Of a stretch of DNA of 44,188 bases, positions 27,470 to 36,660 are shown piece by piece. Below the pieces are notes generated by a model. It had not been told where the DNA came from and did not search any database. It worked only from the letters and a program-made list of their open reading frames with translations. The stretch's first letter is position 1. Every line of letters starts with the position of its first letter. The position numbers and the translations under genes are program-made. Source of the DNA: a virus (lineage: Duplodnaviria; Heunggongvirae; Uroviricota; Caudoviricetes); IMG/VR virus record IMGVR_UViG_3300045988_019982; one strand, 5' to 3'.

Positions 27470-27682
27470 ATGAAAGAGTTAATTATCGCGGTATTGACGA
27501 CATTGGCAGTTTCACTGGTAATTGCCGCGGGTGTACGTAGCTTAGATAAACATGGGTGCGAGAACTACGGAGATATCACAGGCAGAGAGGTAATGTATAG
27601 TTACGCAACTTGTTATGTAAAAACTGATAGAGGTTTTATCCCTCGTGAAGAACTTAATTTTAGAGCAGCGACACATAAATAA
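27470..27682 (+). CDS. small membrane-anchored protein, single-gene insert in head module
   Basis: MKELIIAVLTTLAVSLVIAAGV (signal/TM) then Cys-containing domain; own promoter and terminator; opposite strand to flanking head genes. Confidence 0.55.
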   Translation: MKELIIAVLTTLAVSLVIAAGVRSLDKHGCENYGDITGREVMYSYATCYVKTDRGFIPREELNFRAATHK

Positions 27683-27687
27683 AACTA

Positions 27688-27705
27688 AGGCCCCGTTTGG
27701 GGCCT
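27688..27705. terminator. bidirectional terminator hairpin
   Basis: AAGGCCCCgtttGGGGCCTT; same hairpin family as 8551 and 20337. Confidence 0.65.
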
Positions 27706-27709
27706 TCTA

Positions 27710-28171
27710 TCATTCTGGCTTAGTAACCTTCGCCGCTTTGCTTACCGCCTCTACGCCGCCGGCATCGGTAACTTTAACGAAGTATTCGCCAACCGCGTTA
27801 ACCGTCAGAGACAAAGCCTCTTCTGGTGCGTTTACAACTTCCTTCCCGTCTTTGTACCAGGTCAGCGCATATGGAGCTTTACCGGCCTTAACTTCGACAG
27901 TGATAGTTGCGCTGCCGTCTGCCAGTTCAGCGTCTTTCGGTTGCACAGAGAAATACACGTCTCCAGCGTCCGCCAGATACGGAATTTCGTAAAGCATACC
28001 CGCCGCGGGGAGCGCAATACCGGTTTTATCCGCAAACGGCATATCGTCTACTGAGGTACCCAGTACACTTTCGTCCTCAATAAACGCCACGTTCTCGCCA
28101 GAGCCAGACACGCGAGCATACTGGACTACGCGACGCGACGGTACATCAGTTACTTTGAAAAAGCCCATCAT
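27710..28171 (-). CDS. head-associated protein with Ig-like C-terminal domain
   Basis: 153 aa; C-terminal ATITVEVKAGKAPYALTWYKDGKEV...EYFVKVTDAGG. Confidence 0.45.
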   Translation of the reverse strand: MMGFFKVTDVPSRRVVQYARVSGSGENVAFIEDESVLGTSVDDMPFADKTGIALPAAGMLYEIPYLADAGDVYFSVQPKDAELADGSATITVEVKAGKAPYALTWYKDGKEVVNAPEEALSLTVNAVGEYFVKVTDAGGVEAVSKAAKVTKPE

Positions 28172-29247
28172 TATTCCCCTTTCAGATAATCAGCAACACG
28201 TTTATCGAGTTCCGCCATCTGCTTAAGCGTGAGCGGATTCCCGAAACCATCTACAGATATTACGCGAAACTCTTCCGGTGATATACCGCTGTTGCGGAAA
28301 ATCTTACCGCGGGTCGGCCCGAGTGCTTCATCCTGAAACCATGCCGGTTGTTGTTTAAGGAACTCGTAATAGGTGGTGTCTGCGCTTACCTGAGTACCAC
28401 CTTCTGCACCCTTAGCTGCGCGTTTCGCGCCTTTATCGAGGAAGTCGAACTCGGAACTGATTACCGGGGCCGTGCACGACCGACAATTCGGATGGGCGGG
28501 GGGCATCGGCCCCTTACCAATTTCCCACGTCATTCCGTCTCTGGCCCTGCAAATCGTACTGGTACGGCTGTCAAGCGTTGACACCCATTCGTACTTCTCG
28601 ATGATGTCGTCGTTCTGGCGGTACGTCTCGTTGCGGGCTTCATTGGACACGTGAGACAGCGCGGTGCGGATTACTGTAGCGGCGTTGCGTTCAGAGATGT
28701 CCGCCAGTCCGCCAGCGCCTACGACATTCTTAACAATCTGCCGTGTGGTTTGGCCTTGAACAAAACCCATCTTAACACCGGTTACAAGGCGCGCTACCTC
28801 CGTTTCCCCCCAACCTGACATCAGCTTGGTGAAGTCGACTGGTTTGTCGCTTAACGATAAGGGTTGAAACTCGGCAGCGGCCCAAACCTGTTCGGCGGTA
28901 GGCGTAACAAATTCCGCGTCTACGTTGGCCGTCAGTGTCTTTACGTTCCACTCAGCCTCGTACGCTGCCAGTTCTTTGAGGTCTTCTGTCAGCTTTGTCT
29001 GCCAGTCGTCCGTAAGCCCAGCCAGTGCTTCTTCCAGGTCGCGTAACAGTTTATTCAGTCGCGCTGTGCTGCGACCGTCGTCACCGAACAACAGCACCTG
29101 CCGTTTGATTTCGTCCCGCATTTCCTGAAGGAACGGTGCGAGTTCTTTCACTTCACCGGATGCGGTGCGTTGCAGCCATATCTGATGGCTGATTAGGGAT
29201 GTAAGTAAGCTCATAGATAAACCCTGTGGCGCTAAAGTTAATAGCAT
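28171..29247 (-). CDS. head morphogenesis protein (Mu F / SPP1 gp7-like)
   Basis: 358 aa directly downstream of portal gene; conserved-looking HPNCRSC motif. Confidence 0.65.
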   Translation of the reverse strand: MLLTLAPQGLSMSLLTSLISHQIWLQRTASGEVKELAPFLQEMRDEIKRQVLLFGDDGRSTARLNKLLRDLEEALAGLTDDWQTKLTEDLKELAAYEAEWNVKTLTANVDAEFVTPTAEQVWAAAEFQPLSLSDKPVDFTKLMSGWGETEVARLVTGVKMGFVQGQTTRQIVKNVVGAGGLADISERNAATVIRTALSHVSNEARNETYRQNDDIIEKYEWVSTLDSRTSTICRARDGMTWEIGKGPMPPAHPNCRSCTAPVISSEFDFLDKGAKRAAKGAEGGTQVSADTTYYEFLKQQPAWFQDEALGPTRGKIFRNSGISPEEFRVISVDGFGNPLTLKQMAELDKRVADYLKGE

Positions 29248-29283
29248 ACTATAAGAAAGCCCCTTTCGGGGCTATATGCGGAC

Positions 29284-30765
29284 TTACTGCTGAGCGGCGT
29301 CTTGTTGCTGCGCCGACTGCGGAATCTCTCCTGCCACCTGAGCAACAGCACCTAACGGTAGGGGTGCGTCCTCAATCGCAGTCTTAATCTCCTCGTCAGT
29401 CCAGTCAGTAACCCCCGCCTTACGCAATGCCGCGTAGTAAGCAGTAGCGGGTAGCAGGCCGGCGTTAATATCCGCCATCCACTGCGCTCGTTCGGGCGCG
29501 GTCATCGGTTGCAGGAAGAACTCCATATTCAGCTTGAACTCAATCTCTGTGCCTTCACGCAGCCCCAGCATCGCCGCTACCCAGCGCAATGCATCTGTAT
29601 AAGCCATGCTTACATTACGTGCGATTGTCGCCATAACAGACGTGTCGGCACCGCGTTGCAGGCGTGCCGATTCAGCGGTGATTTGCTGGGTAGGGGTGAT
29701 AAGCTGTGCGCCAATCTGGATGGCCTGATTCTCTTTATCCAGCATGTTCTGCTTGGCGAGGTTGTTCTCCCCCGCCTGAACCAAGAACGCATTGCCACCG
29801 TAGCCGATGTTGTGACCTGAACGCGACCCCATGCGCACGCCGTGGGGGTTGGCTTCTTTCCACTGTTCCATGCTCATGTTCTCGCCGGGAGCAATGAACA
29901 GAGTGGGCTGGCCTACAACGAAACTGGACTCCTCATTGTCTGCGCTGTTGCGGAAATGTCCGATATTAAGCTCAGCCAACGGCAGCAAAGGCGCATCGTC
30001 AATCGTAGCGTCGTTGTTGCTCGCCCCGATAAACGTGAACGGGATTTTGCCGCGCAACTGTTCGCCGAGTTCCGGGAATATCTCGATTACTTCATCCTGT
30101 GCGCCACCTTCGGCGTCGAAGCGGTAAATACGCTGGCGGTAGCGGCCATCAATCAAATCGAGAACGCGGTATTGTTCACCGAACTTTGTTTCGAACTCTG
30201 CGCCAGGTTCTGAGTATTCCCACACCTCACGCAGCACGACCATAGTCACACGGTTCACTGAACCTACGCGTGTCAGTCGCCAGTTGATGATGTTCTCTGC
30301 GGTATAGAATGCGATGACCGGGTTTAATAACCCTGCGTTCTGTTCGGCTGCCGTTGCAGCAGCAGTCTCCGGGGCGTCAACCAGCAACCCGCCACGGCCC
30401 ACCGAGTCAATCTCCATCAGCGTGTCCTGCGCGTGCTGCCACAGCCCGACACCGGAACCGTCTGCATTGCGTAACAGGTACTCCAGTTCAGGCGGGATAA
30501 TCTGCTCGGGGTCTTTGCGCATGACACTGCCGACCATCCCGGCCAGAGTACGTTTAGTGAAGTTGTAGCAAATAGCGCCGTTCTCATATTCTTCCTGGCG
30601 CCGGGCTGCGTAGGTCTCGTCCGGCTCGTTCTTACCAACGTTGCGCAGATAGCGAATAAGGTCGCCTTCCAGTGCGTGGCGTACTTTCTGCCATTTATTG
30701 AAGTGATGCAGCCATTCCCGGTGTTTTGTCTTAACACCCTGATTCTGACCGTTCATAGTTAACAT
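29284..30765 (-). CDS. portal protein
   Basis: 493 aa immediately downstream of terminase large subunit; ATG with AAGAGGA SD. Confidence 0.8.
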   Translation of the reverse strand: MLTMNGQNQGVKTKHREWLHHFNKWQKVRHALEGDLIRYLRNVGKNEPDETYAARRQEEYENGAICYNFTKRTLAGMVGSVMRKDPEQIIPPELEYLLRNADGSGVGLWQHAQDTLMEIDSVGRGGLLVDAPETAAATAAEQNAGLLNPVIAFYTAENIINWRLTRVGSVNRVTMVVLREVWEYSEPGAEFETKFGEQYRVLDLIDGRYRQRIYRFDAEGGAQDEVIEIFPELGEQLRGKIPFTFIGASNNDATIDDAPLLPLAELNIGHFRNSADNEESSFVVGQPTLFIAPGENMSMEQWKEANPHGVRMGSRSGHNIGYGGNAFLVQAGENNLAKQNMLDKENQAIQIGAQLITPTQQITAESARLQRGADTSVMATIARNVSMAYTDALRWVAAMLGLREGTEIEFKLNMEFFLQPMTAPERAQWMADINAGLLPATAYYAALRKAGVTDWTDEEIKTAIEDAPLPLGAVAQVAGEIPQSAQQQDAAQQ

Positions 30766-30777
30766 TGAATAATCCTC

Positions 30778-32049
30778 TTAAAGTGCGAAAGTCACCGGGA
30801 CGTTAATAACTGGTTTGCGAATCGGCATTTCATATGCAATTGGGTATGTGGTCCCATCATTCTGGTGGTCCACGCCGCCAGATTTATCCGGTTCGCCATT
30901 CTTATCGTAGGCTTGCTGCTCCAGGCATCGCGCCGTAACTGGGCAAGCCCGTTCATTAATCATGACCATACCAGATTCAAGCGCCTTATTCATCGCAGAT
31001 ACGCGGTCTTTAACCGGTGGGTTTGTCGATTTAGCGCGTACTTCGAACCCGGCCTGCTGTAGCTGGGCGATGTCTGAGGTACTGGCGTTGTTGCTTTTAC
31101 GGTTTTTGCCGCTGGCGTCCGGGTACATAACGATATAGTGGCCCTTACTTTTCCATCGCTCGGTTATAGCCCGCACTACATCTGGTGTATCGAACATATC
31201 AACCAACTCGGCAACAGCATGCCATACCTTACCACGTTGCACGTAAACTGTGCTCGCCATGTGACCTACGTTAAAGTCCTGTCCGATATACAGAGTCTCG
31301 CCAGGCTTGATTGTTTCGCGGCTGCTGTTTTTCCTGCGGTCGTAGGCGTAGTAGACCGTTCCAGCCGTGAGGTTTACGAACTTACCGTCAATGTAGGCAT
31401 CAATCAATTGACTGGGGTATGTGTCACGCAATGACTGCACATAATCTTCTGGCAGGAACGGGTTCGACAGGGTGGATGCCTGGATCATCTCATAGCCAGG
31501 ATTCTTGTTAACAACCCAGCGGTCATGTACGAAACGGAATCCTTCCGGCGTGGTGAACACGGAAACGGTATTGGCAGGTTTCGGTGTAATAGGTTTATAT
31601 GTCCGTGGTAACTGGCGGTTACGGGCAATGACTTTGTTCCACGCGTGCTCGGCGTGTTTCATGGTCAGGGTGTCCAACTCGTCGATTTTTGCACGAAACG
31701 ATTCGTAGCCAACGATTCGCGCTGGATTATCAAGTGTACGCAGAACAAAATCCCCAAATTGCCTTGAAGACGTATAGATTATGTTGTCAGACTTGTTGTA
31801 TTTGTACCGGACACCCCAGTCCATCAGCTTCTCTTCCATACGAGGTGCAAGGATAAGCCGTACCAGGTCGTAAGTAGGCTCGTACATGGCGATGACAGAA
31901 TCGCTGCCGCCTTCCATGCTGTCCAGTAGCGCGGAGTTACACATAACTTCGGATTTACCCGTACCGAAGCCAGCTACGAATGCCGGGAACTTGCAATGCA
32001 TACCCAGAAAATCGCCTTGAGGTTCCGTTGCCGTGATATTAACGTTCAC
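30778..32049 (-). CDS. terminase large subunit
   Basis: 423 aa; N-terminal Walker A VAGFGTGKSEV; GTG start with AAGGTGG SD. Confidence 0.85.
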   Translation of the reverse strand: MNVNITATEPQGDFLGMHCKFPAFVAGFGTGKSEVMCNSALLDSMEGGSDSVIAMYEPTYDLVRLILAPRMEEKLMDWGVRYKYNKSDNIIYTSSRQFGDFVLRTLDNPARIVGYESFRAKIDELDTLTMKHAEHAWNKVIARNRQLPRTYKPITPKPANTVSVFTTPEGFRFVHDRWVVNKNPGYEMIQASTLSNPFLPEDYVQSLRDTYPSQLIDAYIDGKFVNLTAGTVYYAYDRRKNSSRETIKPGETLYIGQDFNVGHMASTVYVQRGKVWHAVAELVDMFDTPDVVRAITERWKSKGHYIVMYPDASGKNRKSNNASTSDIAQLQQAGFEVRAKSTNPPVKDRVSAMNKALESGMVMINERACPVTARCLEQQAYDKNGEPDKSGGVDHQNDGTTYPIAYEMPIRKPVINVPVTFAL

Positions 32050-32548
32050 CGGACACCACCTTAATTGTTACTTCACTGATTGGCTCGTCGCGTACTTCTT
32101 CGGTGGCAACAGTTTTATTCAGTCCCAGCTTCGCAGCGGCAAACGTAGCTGAGATACCCGCCGCCCCTGTCTCGGTGAAATATGCCTCTTCCAGTGCCTG
32201 TGCTGTCTCCCAAGCTTCGGCAAATGCAGGAATCTCACGCAGCCACAGTTTGATAATCGGGATAGTGACGCCAATATGCAGGGCGAAGCGGGCCAGTGAC
32301 GGGGGCTTATCCTGAATCAGTGGGCGTTCATCCCCCTTAGACGTAGGCACAAGTTCCCACGACGTGCGGTCGAAGAAACGAATCAATTCGTCGCAATAGT
32401 CCGGGTCCCACAACGCGGCGGAATTACGGGATGATTGATAAAGGCTCTGTTTACCGCGCGGCCGTCTACGGCGACGGTTTGCGCTAACAGCTTCTTCATG
32501 TGCAGCTTGCACCACCTCAGGCGATGGCTGCTTAAGTTTCAGCTTCAT
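32039..32548 (-). CDS. putative terminase small subunit
   Basis: Position just upstream of the large subunit; basic N-terminal region (RRRRRPRGK); ATG at 32548 preferred over GTG 32587. Confidence 0.45.
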   Translation of the reverse strand: MKLKLKQPSPEVVQAAHEEAVSANRRRRRPRGKQSLYQSSRNSAALWDPDYCDELIRFFDRTSWELVPTSKGDERPLIQDKPPSLARFALHIGVTIPIIKLWLREIPAFAEAWETAQALEEAYFTETGAAGISATFAAAKLGLNKTVATEEVRDEPISEVTIKVVSGER

Positions 32549-32646
32549 AGAATCCCCTTGCATATGCGTCTGACCATCAGAGCGCACCAGACGCGCCCTA
32601 CGCGTCTAAAGGGATTATATAAGGGGATTGGGCGGGATGTACAGAA

Positions 32647-32666
32647 AAGCCCTCCGTAGAGGGCTT
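32647..32666. terminator. hairpin terminator between early and late - strand units
   Basis: AAGCCCTCcgtaGAGGGCTT; T-rich tail on - strand; candidate late -10 TATAAT on - strand at 32614-32619. Confidence 0.45.
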
Positions 32667-32767
32667 ATATCAGTTATATAGGCCGTGTCGCGGTGCTCTT
32701 TTACCATCGCCACCGTAGTGGTCGTTAGCTACAGCGATAGCCCATGCGTTATGGATGATTAGCAGTC

Positions 32768-32950
32768 TCATTTGAAAAACCACAACAGGATGCCTGCCAC
32801 TCCCGATACCCCCATGCCTAAAAACATAGGCCACCACAGATGGCGGGGAAGACTGTTAAACAAAGTCGGTTGTTTTATCAGCACAACGAGAAAGGCCAGC
32901 CAAAACACCAGGTCGCCAGCGGCATTGGCAGCCTTCAAAATATCAATCAT
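32768..32950 (-). CDS. small membrane protein (60 aa)
   Basis: Two hydrophobic segments (LVFWLAFLVVLI, MFLGMGVSGVAGILLWFF). Confidence 0.45.
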   Translation of the reverse strand: MIDILKAANAAGDLVFWLAFLVVLIKQPTLFNSLPRHLWWPMFLGMGVSGVAGILLWFFK

Positions 32951-33183
32951 CCCCCACGCTCCTCTTTAGCAATACGTTGCTCTGTTTTAGTCACACCCCG
33001 GCGCGTGAATAACACCGGGCTTGTCTTAACGTGCGTCATCAGACGGTTGTTGTAAATTACATGGCGCTCGCAGTTCACGTCTTTGCTGTACTTGGCAATC
33101 GTCATTTCGTTGATGCCGGTTTGTCGGCATGTCTCCGCCATCGTGCCGAATTCTTTAATCAGGTTCGGAATGCTGGTAATCAT
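32947..33183 (-). CDS. hypothetical early protein (78 aa)
   Basis: ATGA-coupled array of small - strand ORFs. Confidence 0.45.
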   Translation of the reverse strand: MITSIPNLIKEFGTMAETCRQTGINEMTIAKYSKDVNCERHVIYNNRLMTHVKTSPVLFTRRGVTKTEQRIAKEERGG

Positions 33184-33377
33184 TTACCCTCCGGGTTTAC
33201 GTCTAAATCGTAACGTTCCCGCAATTCGGCGTACTTATCCATGTAATCAAGTAACATCCGATACGCGTCTAACTGGAACTCTTCGTTCAGTGTCCTGCCA
33301 AGCCAGAACTCTGGATTACCTTTAGAAGCCAGACGGTCTATCTGTTGGTGCAACGTCTCTTTACATACTCTACTCAT
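33180..33377 (-). CDS. hypothetical early protein (65 aa)
   Basis: ATG start overlaps upstream stop. Confidence 0.45.
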   Translation of the reverse strand: MSRVCKETLHQQIDRLASKGNPEFWLGRTLNEEFQLDAYRMLLDYMDKYAELRERYDLDVNPEGK

Positions 33378-33544
33378 TTCTTAAACCCTCTCGTTGTCCA
33401 CATCGCATTTGGGTATTTATTATCGCGGTCCTGCACTACGGCGATCATGTTTCCACGTTGCACCAGGCAGAAGTGCCGCTGTTGCTCGCCGTTGTAGCGA
33501 CGCCAGATTGCTTCTTCGATTGCTGCGTTAATGCCACTGAACAT
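33374..33544 (-). CDS. hypothetical early protein (56 aa)
   Basis: Not in track; fills gap exactly with stop/start overlap at 33374-33377; MFSGINAAIEEAIWRRYNGEQQRHFCLVQRGNMIAVV... Confidence 0.35.
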   Translation of the reverse strand: MFSGINAAIEEAIWRRYNGEQQRHFCLVQRGNMIAVVQDRDNKYPNAMWTTRGFKK

Positions 33545-33546
33545 AA

Positions 33547-33783
33547 TCAATCCTCAATACTTAATAGCACGTACCCCGGTAGGTAAGCCCCTACGTCAGC
33601 AACATGAATAACGCGGCGGTAAACGATACGGCCTGTGTATTCACCGTTTTCGTATTCTCTCAGGCACAGAGTGTCGTCTTCCTTAAAGTCGCGGTCGTTT
33701 AATCGAAGTTCCGCCAGCTTAATGCCCGCCAGAACAGGCGCAAAATGCTCAGGTAATATCTTTAGCTCATGGAACATAATCAC
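33547..33783 (-). CDS. ASCH/DUF3850-like small protein
   Basis: MIMFHELKILPEHFAPVLAGIKLAELRLNDRDFKEDDTLCLREYENGEYTGRIVYRRV matches DUF3850-type pattern as recalled. Confidence 0.5.
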   Translation of the reverse strand: MIMFHELKILPEHFAPVLAGIKLAELRLNDRDFKEDDTLCLREYENGEYTGRIVYRRVIHVADVGAYLPGYVLLSIED

Positions 33784-34046
33784 CCCACTATCTCATCACC
33801 GAGCCACGCCGTTTCTCGTATATCGTCGACCACACAAGCGGCGTGCTCCCGGCTAATTGCAAAAATGTAGAAGCTGAACTTCTTCCCGTCGGCGTCGATG
33901 TGGTTAACCGAGTAGGGTTTCCACAGGATGCCATCGATAATCACCGGTTTAGGCGACTCCATACGCTTCGCCGCACTTAATGCACGTGGCACGATGTAGC
34001 CCGCCAACCACATGTAGGTAGTAGTCATGCGCACAAGGCTTTTCAC
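33780..34046 (-). CDS. hypothetical early protein (start uncertain)
   Basis: Track start is GTG and overlaps the upstream ORF by ~98 bp; an internal ATG at 33962 is an alternative. Confidence 0.4.
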   Translation of the reverse strand: MKSLVRMTTTYMWLAGYIVPRALSAAKRMESPKPVIIDGILWKPYSVNHIDADGKKFSFYIFAISREHAACVVDDIRETAWLGDEIVG

Positions 34047-34197
34047 CCTCTTTCAACTTATCAAGCAACAACTTAAACGCCTCCAGTTGAAACTCACCGT
34101 TAATTGTCAGTCGCCAACCTGGCGTCTGTTTCTCAGACTCAAGCACCAGAATACGGCGCTCAAGTGATGCAATTGTGATTTTAGGCATTGGTATCAC
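33949..34197 (-). CDS. hypothetical early protein (82 aa), Cys-containing C-terminus
   Basis: ends ...CAHDYYLHVVGGLHRATCIKCGEAYGVA (possible zinc ribbon). Confidence 0.4.
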   Translation of the reverse strand: MIPMPKITIASLERRILVLESEKQTPGWRLTINGEFQLEAFKLLLDKLKEGEKPCAHDYYLHVVGGLHRATCIKCGEAYGVA

Positions 34198-34366
34198 CTT
34201 TGTTCAGGTTGAAGCGGTTAATCAGTTCACGGCGTGTCTCGTAAAGCGACTCGACCATTTGCTCTGCTACCGCGATTTTAGTATTCAGGACGTGCATCAC
34301 GTGGCTGATGTCTACGCCGCCGTTAACGGCCTCCACCATCATCTTTTCGTATTCACGGTCAGTCAT
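34181..34366 (-). CDS. hypothetical early protein (61 aa)
   Basis: ATG start; coupled to neighbours. Confidence 0.45.
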   Translation of the reverse strand: MTDREYEKMMVEAVNGGVDISHVMHVLNTKIAVAEQMVESLYETRRELINRFNLNKGDTNA

Positions 34367-34521
34367 TCTTTACGCTCTCCCCACATGCGATTGAGATACT
34401 TGTTCTTGTCCGGCCCCGGGAAACTGTTGCGTTTCATCAGTTCCTCGCGTGTCGGGAACGGGGTGTGGCTAACTTTACGGCCTACTCGTAATGGCCGGCT
34501 TGCTGGGCCTTGTTCGCTCAT
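34363..34521 (-). CDS. hypothetical early protein (52 aa)
   Basis: Not in track; AGGTGA SD then ATG; stop overlaps next start (ATGA). Confidence 0.35.
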   Translation of the reverse strand: MSEQGPASRPLRVGRKVSHTPFPTREELMKRNSFPGPDKNKYLNRMWGERKE

Positions 34522-34527
34522 TTCTTA

Positions 34528-34731
34528 TCACCTGTAATATGTTGCTTCTAATTCTTCCAGTGCCTGAGCACTATACCCGTGGGCGCATTCGCAATCCCAG
34601 CAGTCCTCAGAGTAGTTATAGACTTTAAGTTGACCGTGCTCCCATCTAAGAGTTGCTGAATAGGGGAAATCCCCTATAAACCACACCGCTACAAATTGGC
34701 CCTCCGACGGCATCTCATAGCTAACAATCAT
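34528..34731 (-). CDS. hypothetical early protein (67 aa)
   Basis: ATG start overlapping upstream stop. Confidence 0.45.
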   Translation of the reverse strand: MIVSYEMPSEGQFVAVWFIGDFPYSATLRWEHGQLKVYNYSEDCWDCECAHGYSAQALEELEATYYR

Positions 34732-34877
34732 TTCTTCTCCTCTGCATAAGCTGCTTTAAGTGCCTTCATCGCTGCGGACCAGAACGCGTCAGCAGGAATA
34801 TTGCTGCTCAGGTTATAAACGGCTATACGTGCCATCAGTTGCGCATCTTCGAATGCTTCGATATCTGTGATTTTCAT
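34728..34877 (-). CDS. hypothetical early protein (49 aa)
   Basis: Not in track; stop/start overlaps at both ends; MKITDIEAFEDAQLMARIAVYNLSSNIPADAFWSAAMKALKAAYAEEKK. Confidence 0.35.
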   Translation of the reverse strand: MKITDIEAFEDAQLMARIAVYNLSSNIPADAFWSAAMKALKAAYAEEKK

Positions 34878-35071
34878 TCGTATCCCTCAAACTTACGTAA
34901 ATCGCCTTTAGTGATATATTTACGGCGGGCCAATATCGTGTCCACGTCATAATCCATTAGTGCGCCTGTTTCACATCCATCCGGCGTCATACTTGGCCCG
35001 TAAACAGAAAGACCCATCTCGTTAAGGTACTCCATAAACTGCTCTACCGTTTTCTTCTGGTAACGCTTCAT
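34874..35071 (-). CDS. hypothetical early protein (65 aa)
   Basis: First ORF downstream of promoter at 35105-35133. Confidence 0.45.
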   Translation of the reverse strand: MKRYQKKTVEQFMEYLNEMGLSVYGPSMTPDGCETGALMDYDVDTILARRKYITKGDLRKFEGYE

Positions 35072-35104
35072 CTTCTCTACTCCGTTCTCGTTGTCGATGG
35101 AGTA

Positions 35105-35133
35105 AATATAGTAGGGTCGATGGTAATAGTCAA
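35105..35133 (-). promoter_or_regulatory. sigma70-like promoter (TTGACT-N17-TATATT), - strand
   Basis: Reverse complement reads ttgactattaccatcgaccctactatatt; contains TACTAT like the other copies. Confidence 0.45.
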
Positions 35134-35164
35134 CTAGTCATTACAGAAAATAGATAAAAAAAAT

Positions 35165-35185
35165 CCCGGCTGGGTCAGGGCCGGG
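35165..35185 (-). terminator. rho-independent terminator downstream of endolysin
   Basis: CCCGGCtgggtcagGGCCGGG preceded on + strand by A8 (T-run on - strand). Confidence 0.6.
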
Positions 35186-35251
35186 ATAAAACTGGAGAGT
35201 AGAGGGATGGAACAGGAGGTGATTTAAGTATCGTCGGATTAGTCTTAGGTG

Positions 35252-35740
35252 TCAACCTTTCACCGCGCGCCCGATAGCCTCAGCCTCTTGCCACGGTTTA
35301 CCGTCGAACAGCGCCAGACGCCCCGCGGTACGGCGACGCAGACCGAGTAATGGTTTGCCGTTCTGGTTGATGAACAGCGCCAGCTTAGCCCGCAGCGTCG
35401 CAATATCACCGGAGCGCAGCGCCTTACCAGTTCCGGTAGTAGTGGCAATCACACCAGCACCTGCGTTGTACACCAGGTCGCACACAGCGTCGAACTGTGC
35501 CTGTGTCAGGGAGTGGTGCGCTGCTGCGTCAACCGCAGCGACGGCCTTAGCCATGTCGCGGTTCAGTAACAGGAGGCCTTGTCCGGGAGTGATGGTCTTA
35601 CCTGGGGTTACGTCGGGTCCGTAGTGACCGTAACCTATCGTCAGGTACTTCTCGTTTGGTGTAGCACGATACGCAGTTCCACGGAACCCCTCAAACGCAG
35701 CACAGAAATGCAATCCATTATCTGAAATGTTTCGAGACAC
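35252..35740 (-). CDS. endolysin, GH24-type lysozyme
   Basis: FEGFRGTAYRATPNEKYLTIGYGHYG and LTQAQFDAVCDLVYNAGAG resemble T4-lysozyme-family motifs; GTG start at 35740 with GGAGGA SD (track start 35791 is TTG). Confidence 0.75.
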   Translation of the reverse strand: MSRNISDNGLHFCAAFEGFRGTAYRATPNEKYLTIGYGHYGPDVTPGKTITPGQGLLLLNRDMAKAVAAVDAAAHHSLTQAQFDAVCDLVYNAGAGVIATTTGTGKALRSGDIATLRAKLALFINQNGKPLLGLRRRTAGRLALFDGKPWQEAEAIGRAVKG

Positions 35741-35990
35741 GCTTATGTCCTCCGTATGACAGCCACGCCTGACGAATCTGACGCAGCGCAACCAATGTGA
35801 TTAATGTCTCAGGCAGCGTGGGTGACATGCTGCCCTGTAACAGGTGGATACATCCGGCGGCGCAGACGATAGCAGTCAGGATATAGAGCACCCGACCAAA
35901 TAGCCCGTCGTCCACGCTGGGATGATACACATTAAACAGCGATGTGCCTCCGATTGCCAGCATACCGCCGAACCAGAATAACTCATTCAT
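35718..35990 (-). CDS. holin-like membrane protein 2 (possible antiholin)
   Basis: ATG at 35990 overlaps holin stop; hydrophobic MNELFWFGGMLAIGGTSLF...VLYILTAIVCAAGCIHLL. Confidence 0.5.
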   Translation of the reverse strand: MNELFWFGGMLAIGGTSLFNVYHPSVDDGLFGRVLYILTAIVCAAGCIHLLQGSMSPTLPETLITLVALRQIRQAWLSYGGHKRVSKHFR

Positions 35991-36291
35991 CTGGGCCTCC
36001 TCGACGTGCGATGTATTCTCCAGCGACGATACCGGAGAGACGGGAATAGATAGGCATCCAGAGAACCGCGATGATGAAGCCCAGACCTGCGATTTCACGG
36101 TCGCCCGTGATACCGAACCATTGAGCCGCAAGAGGCGCACCAAATACGGCGCAGGTGAAGCCAGTTGCGATAAAGCAGAAGCCGTCGATAGGGCCAGAAA
36201 TAACGGACTTATGTTGTCGTAGTCCGATTACCCCTCCGGCTAGCGCGGCGGCGAGAAGCCAGCCTGTCACTGTTTCAGTAAATTTATCCAA
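35983..36291 (-). CDS. holin
   Basis: 102 aa with about three TM segments; TTG start with GGAGGA SD; immediately upstream of endolysin. Confidence 0.6.
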   Translation of the reverse strand: MDKFTETVTGWLLAAALAGGVIGLRQHKSVISGPIDGFCFIATGFTCAVFGAPLAAQWFGITGDREIAGLGFIIAVLWMPIYSRLSGIVAGEYIARRGGPDE

Positions 36292-36366
36292 GATGAATCC
36301 TCCAGGTGCGTATTAAGTATGCAGTAACTGGAGGATACCACGGGTAGGAATTATCTTAATAACGGT

Positions 36367-36660
36367 TTATTTGTGTCTCCAGATGTATTGTCGTCTCTGT
36401 GGTTTCGTCGGAATATCTTCATATCCCAGCGATTTCCAGTAATTAAATAACCGGTTAGCGATATCTGCGCGTTCCTGTGTTTTGAACTCACCGAGATTCA
36501 CGGCCTTCCCGTTCTGGAATCCACAGGCACGGACCGCTTTGCGTCTGGCCGGAATCTCAGGGAACAGCGCGTTACCCCGACGCTTGTATATCTGTGTTTT
36601 AGCTCTCGGTGACAGCGGCGCAAGGCCGCTTCGTTTCAGGATGTCAGTTGCGAGGCTCAT
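36367..36660 (-). CDS. hypothetical protein (97 aa)
   Basis: ORF in tightly packed - strand array. Confidence 0.45.
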   Translation of the reverse strand: MSLATDILKRSGLAPLSPRAKTQIYKRRGNALFPEIPARRKAVRACGFQNGKAVNLGEFKTQERADIANRLFNYWKSLGYEDIPTKPQRRQYIWRHK

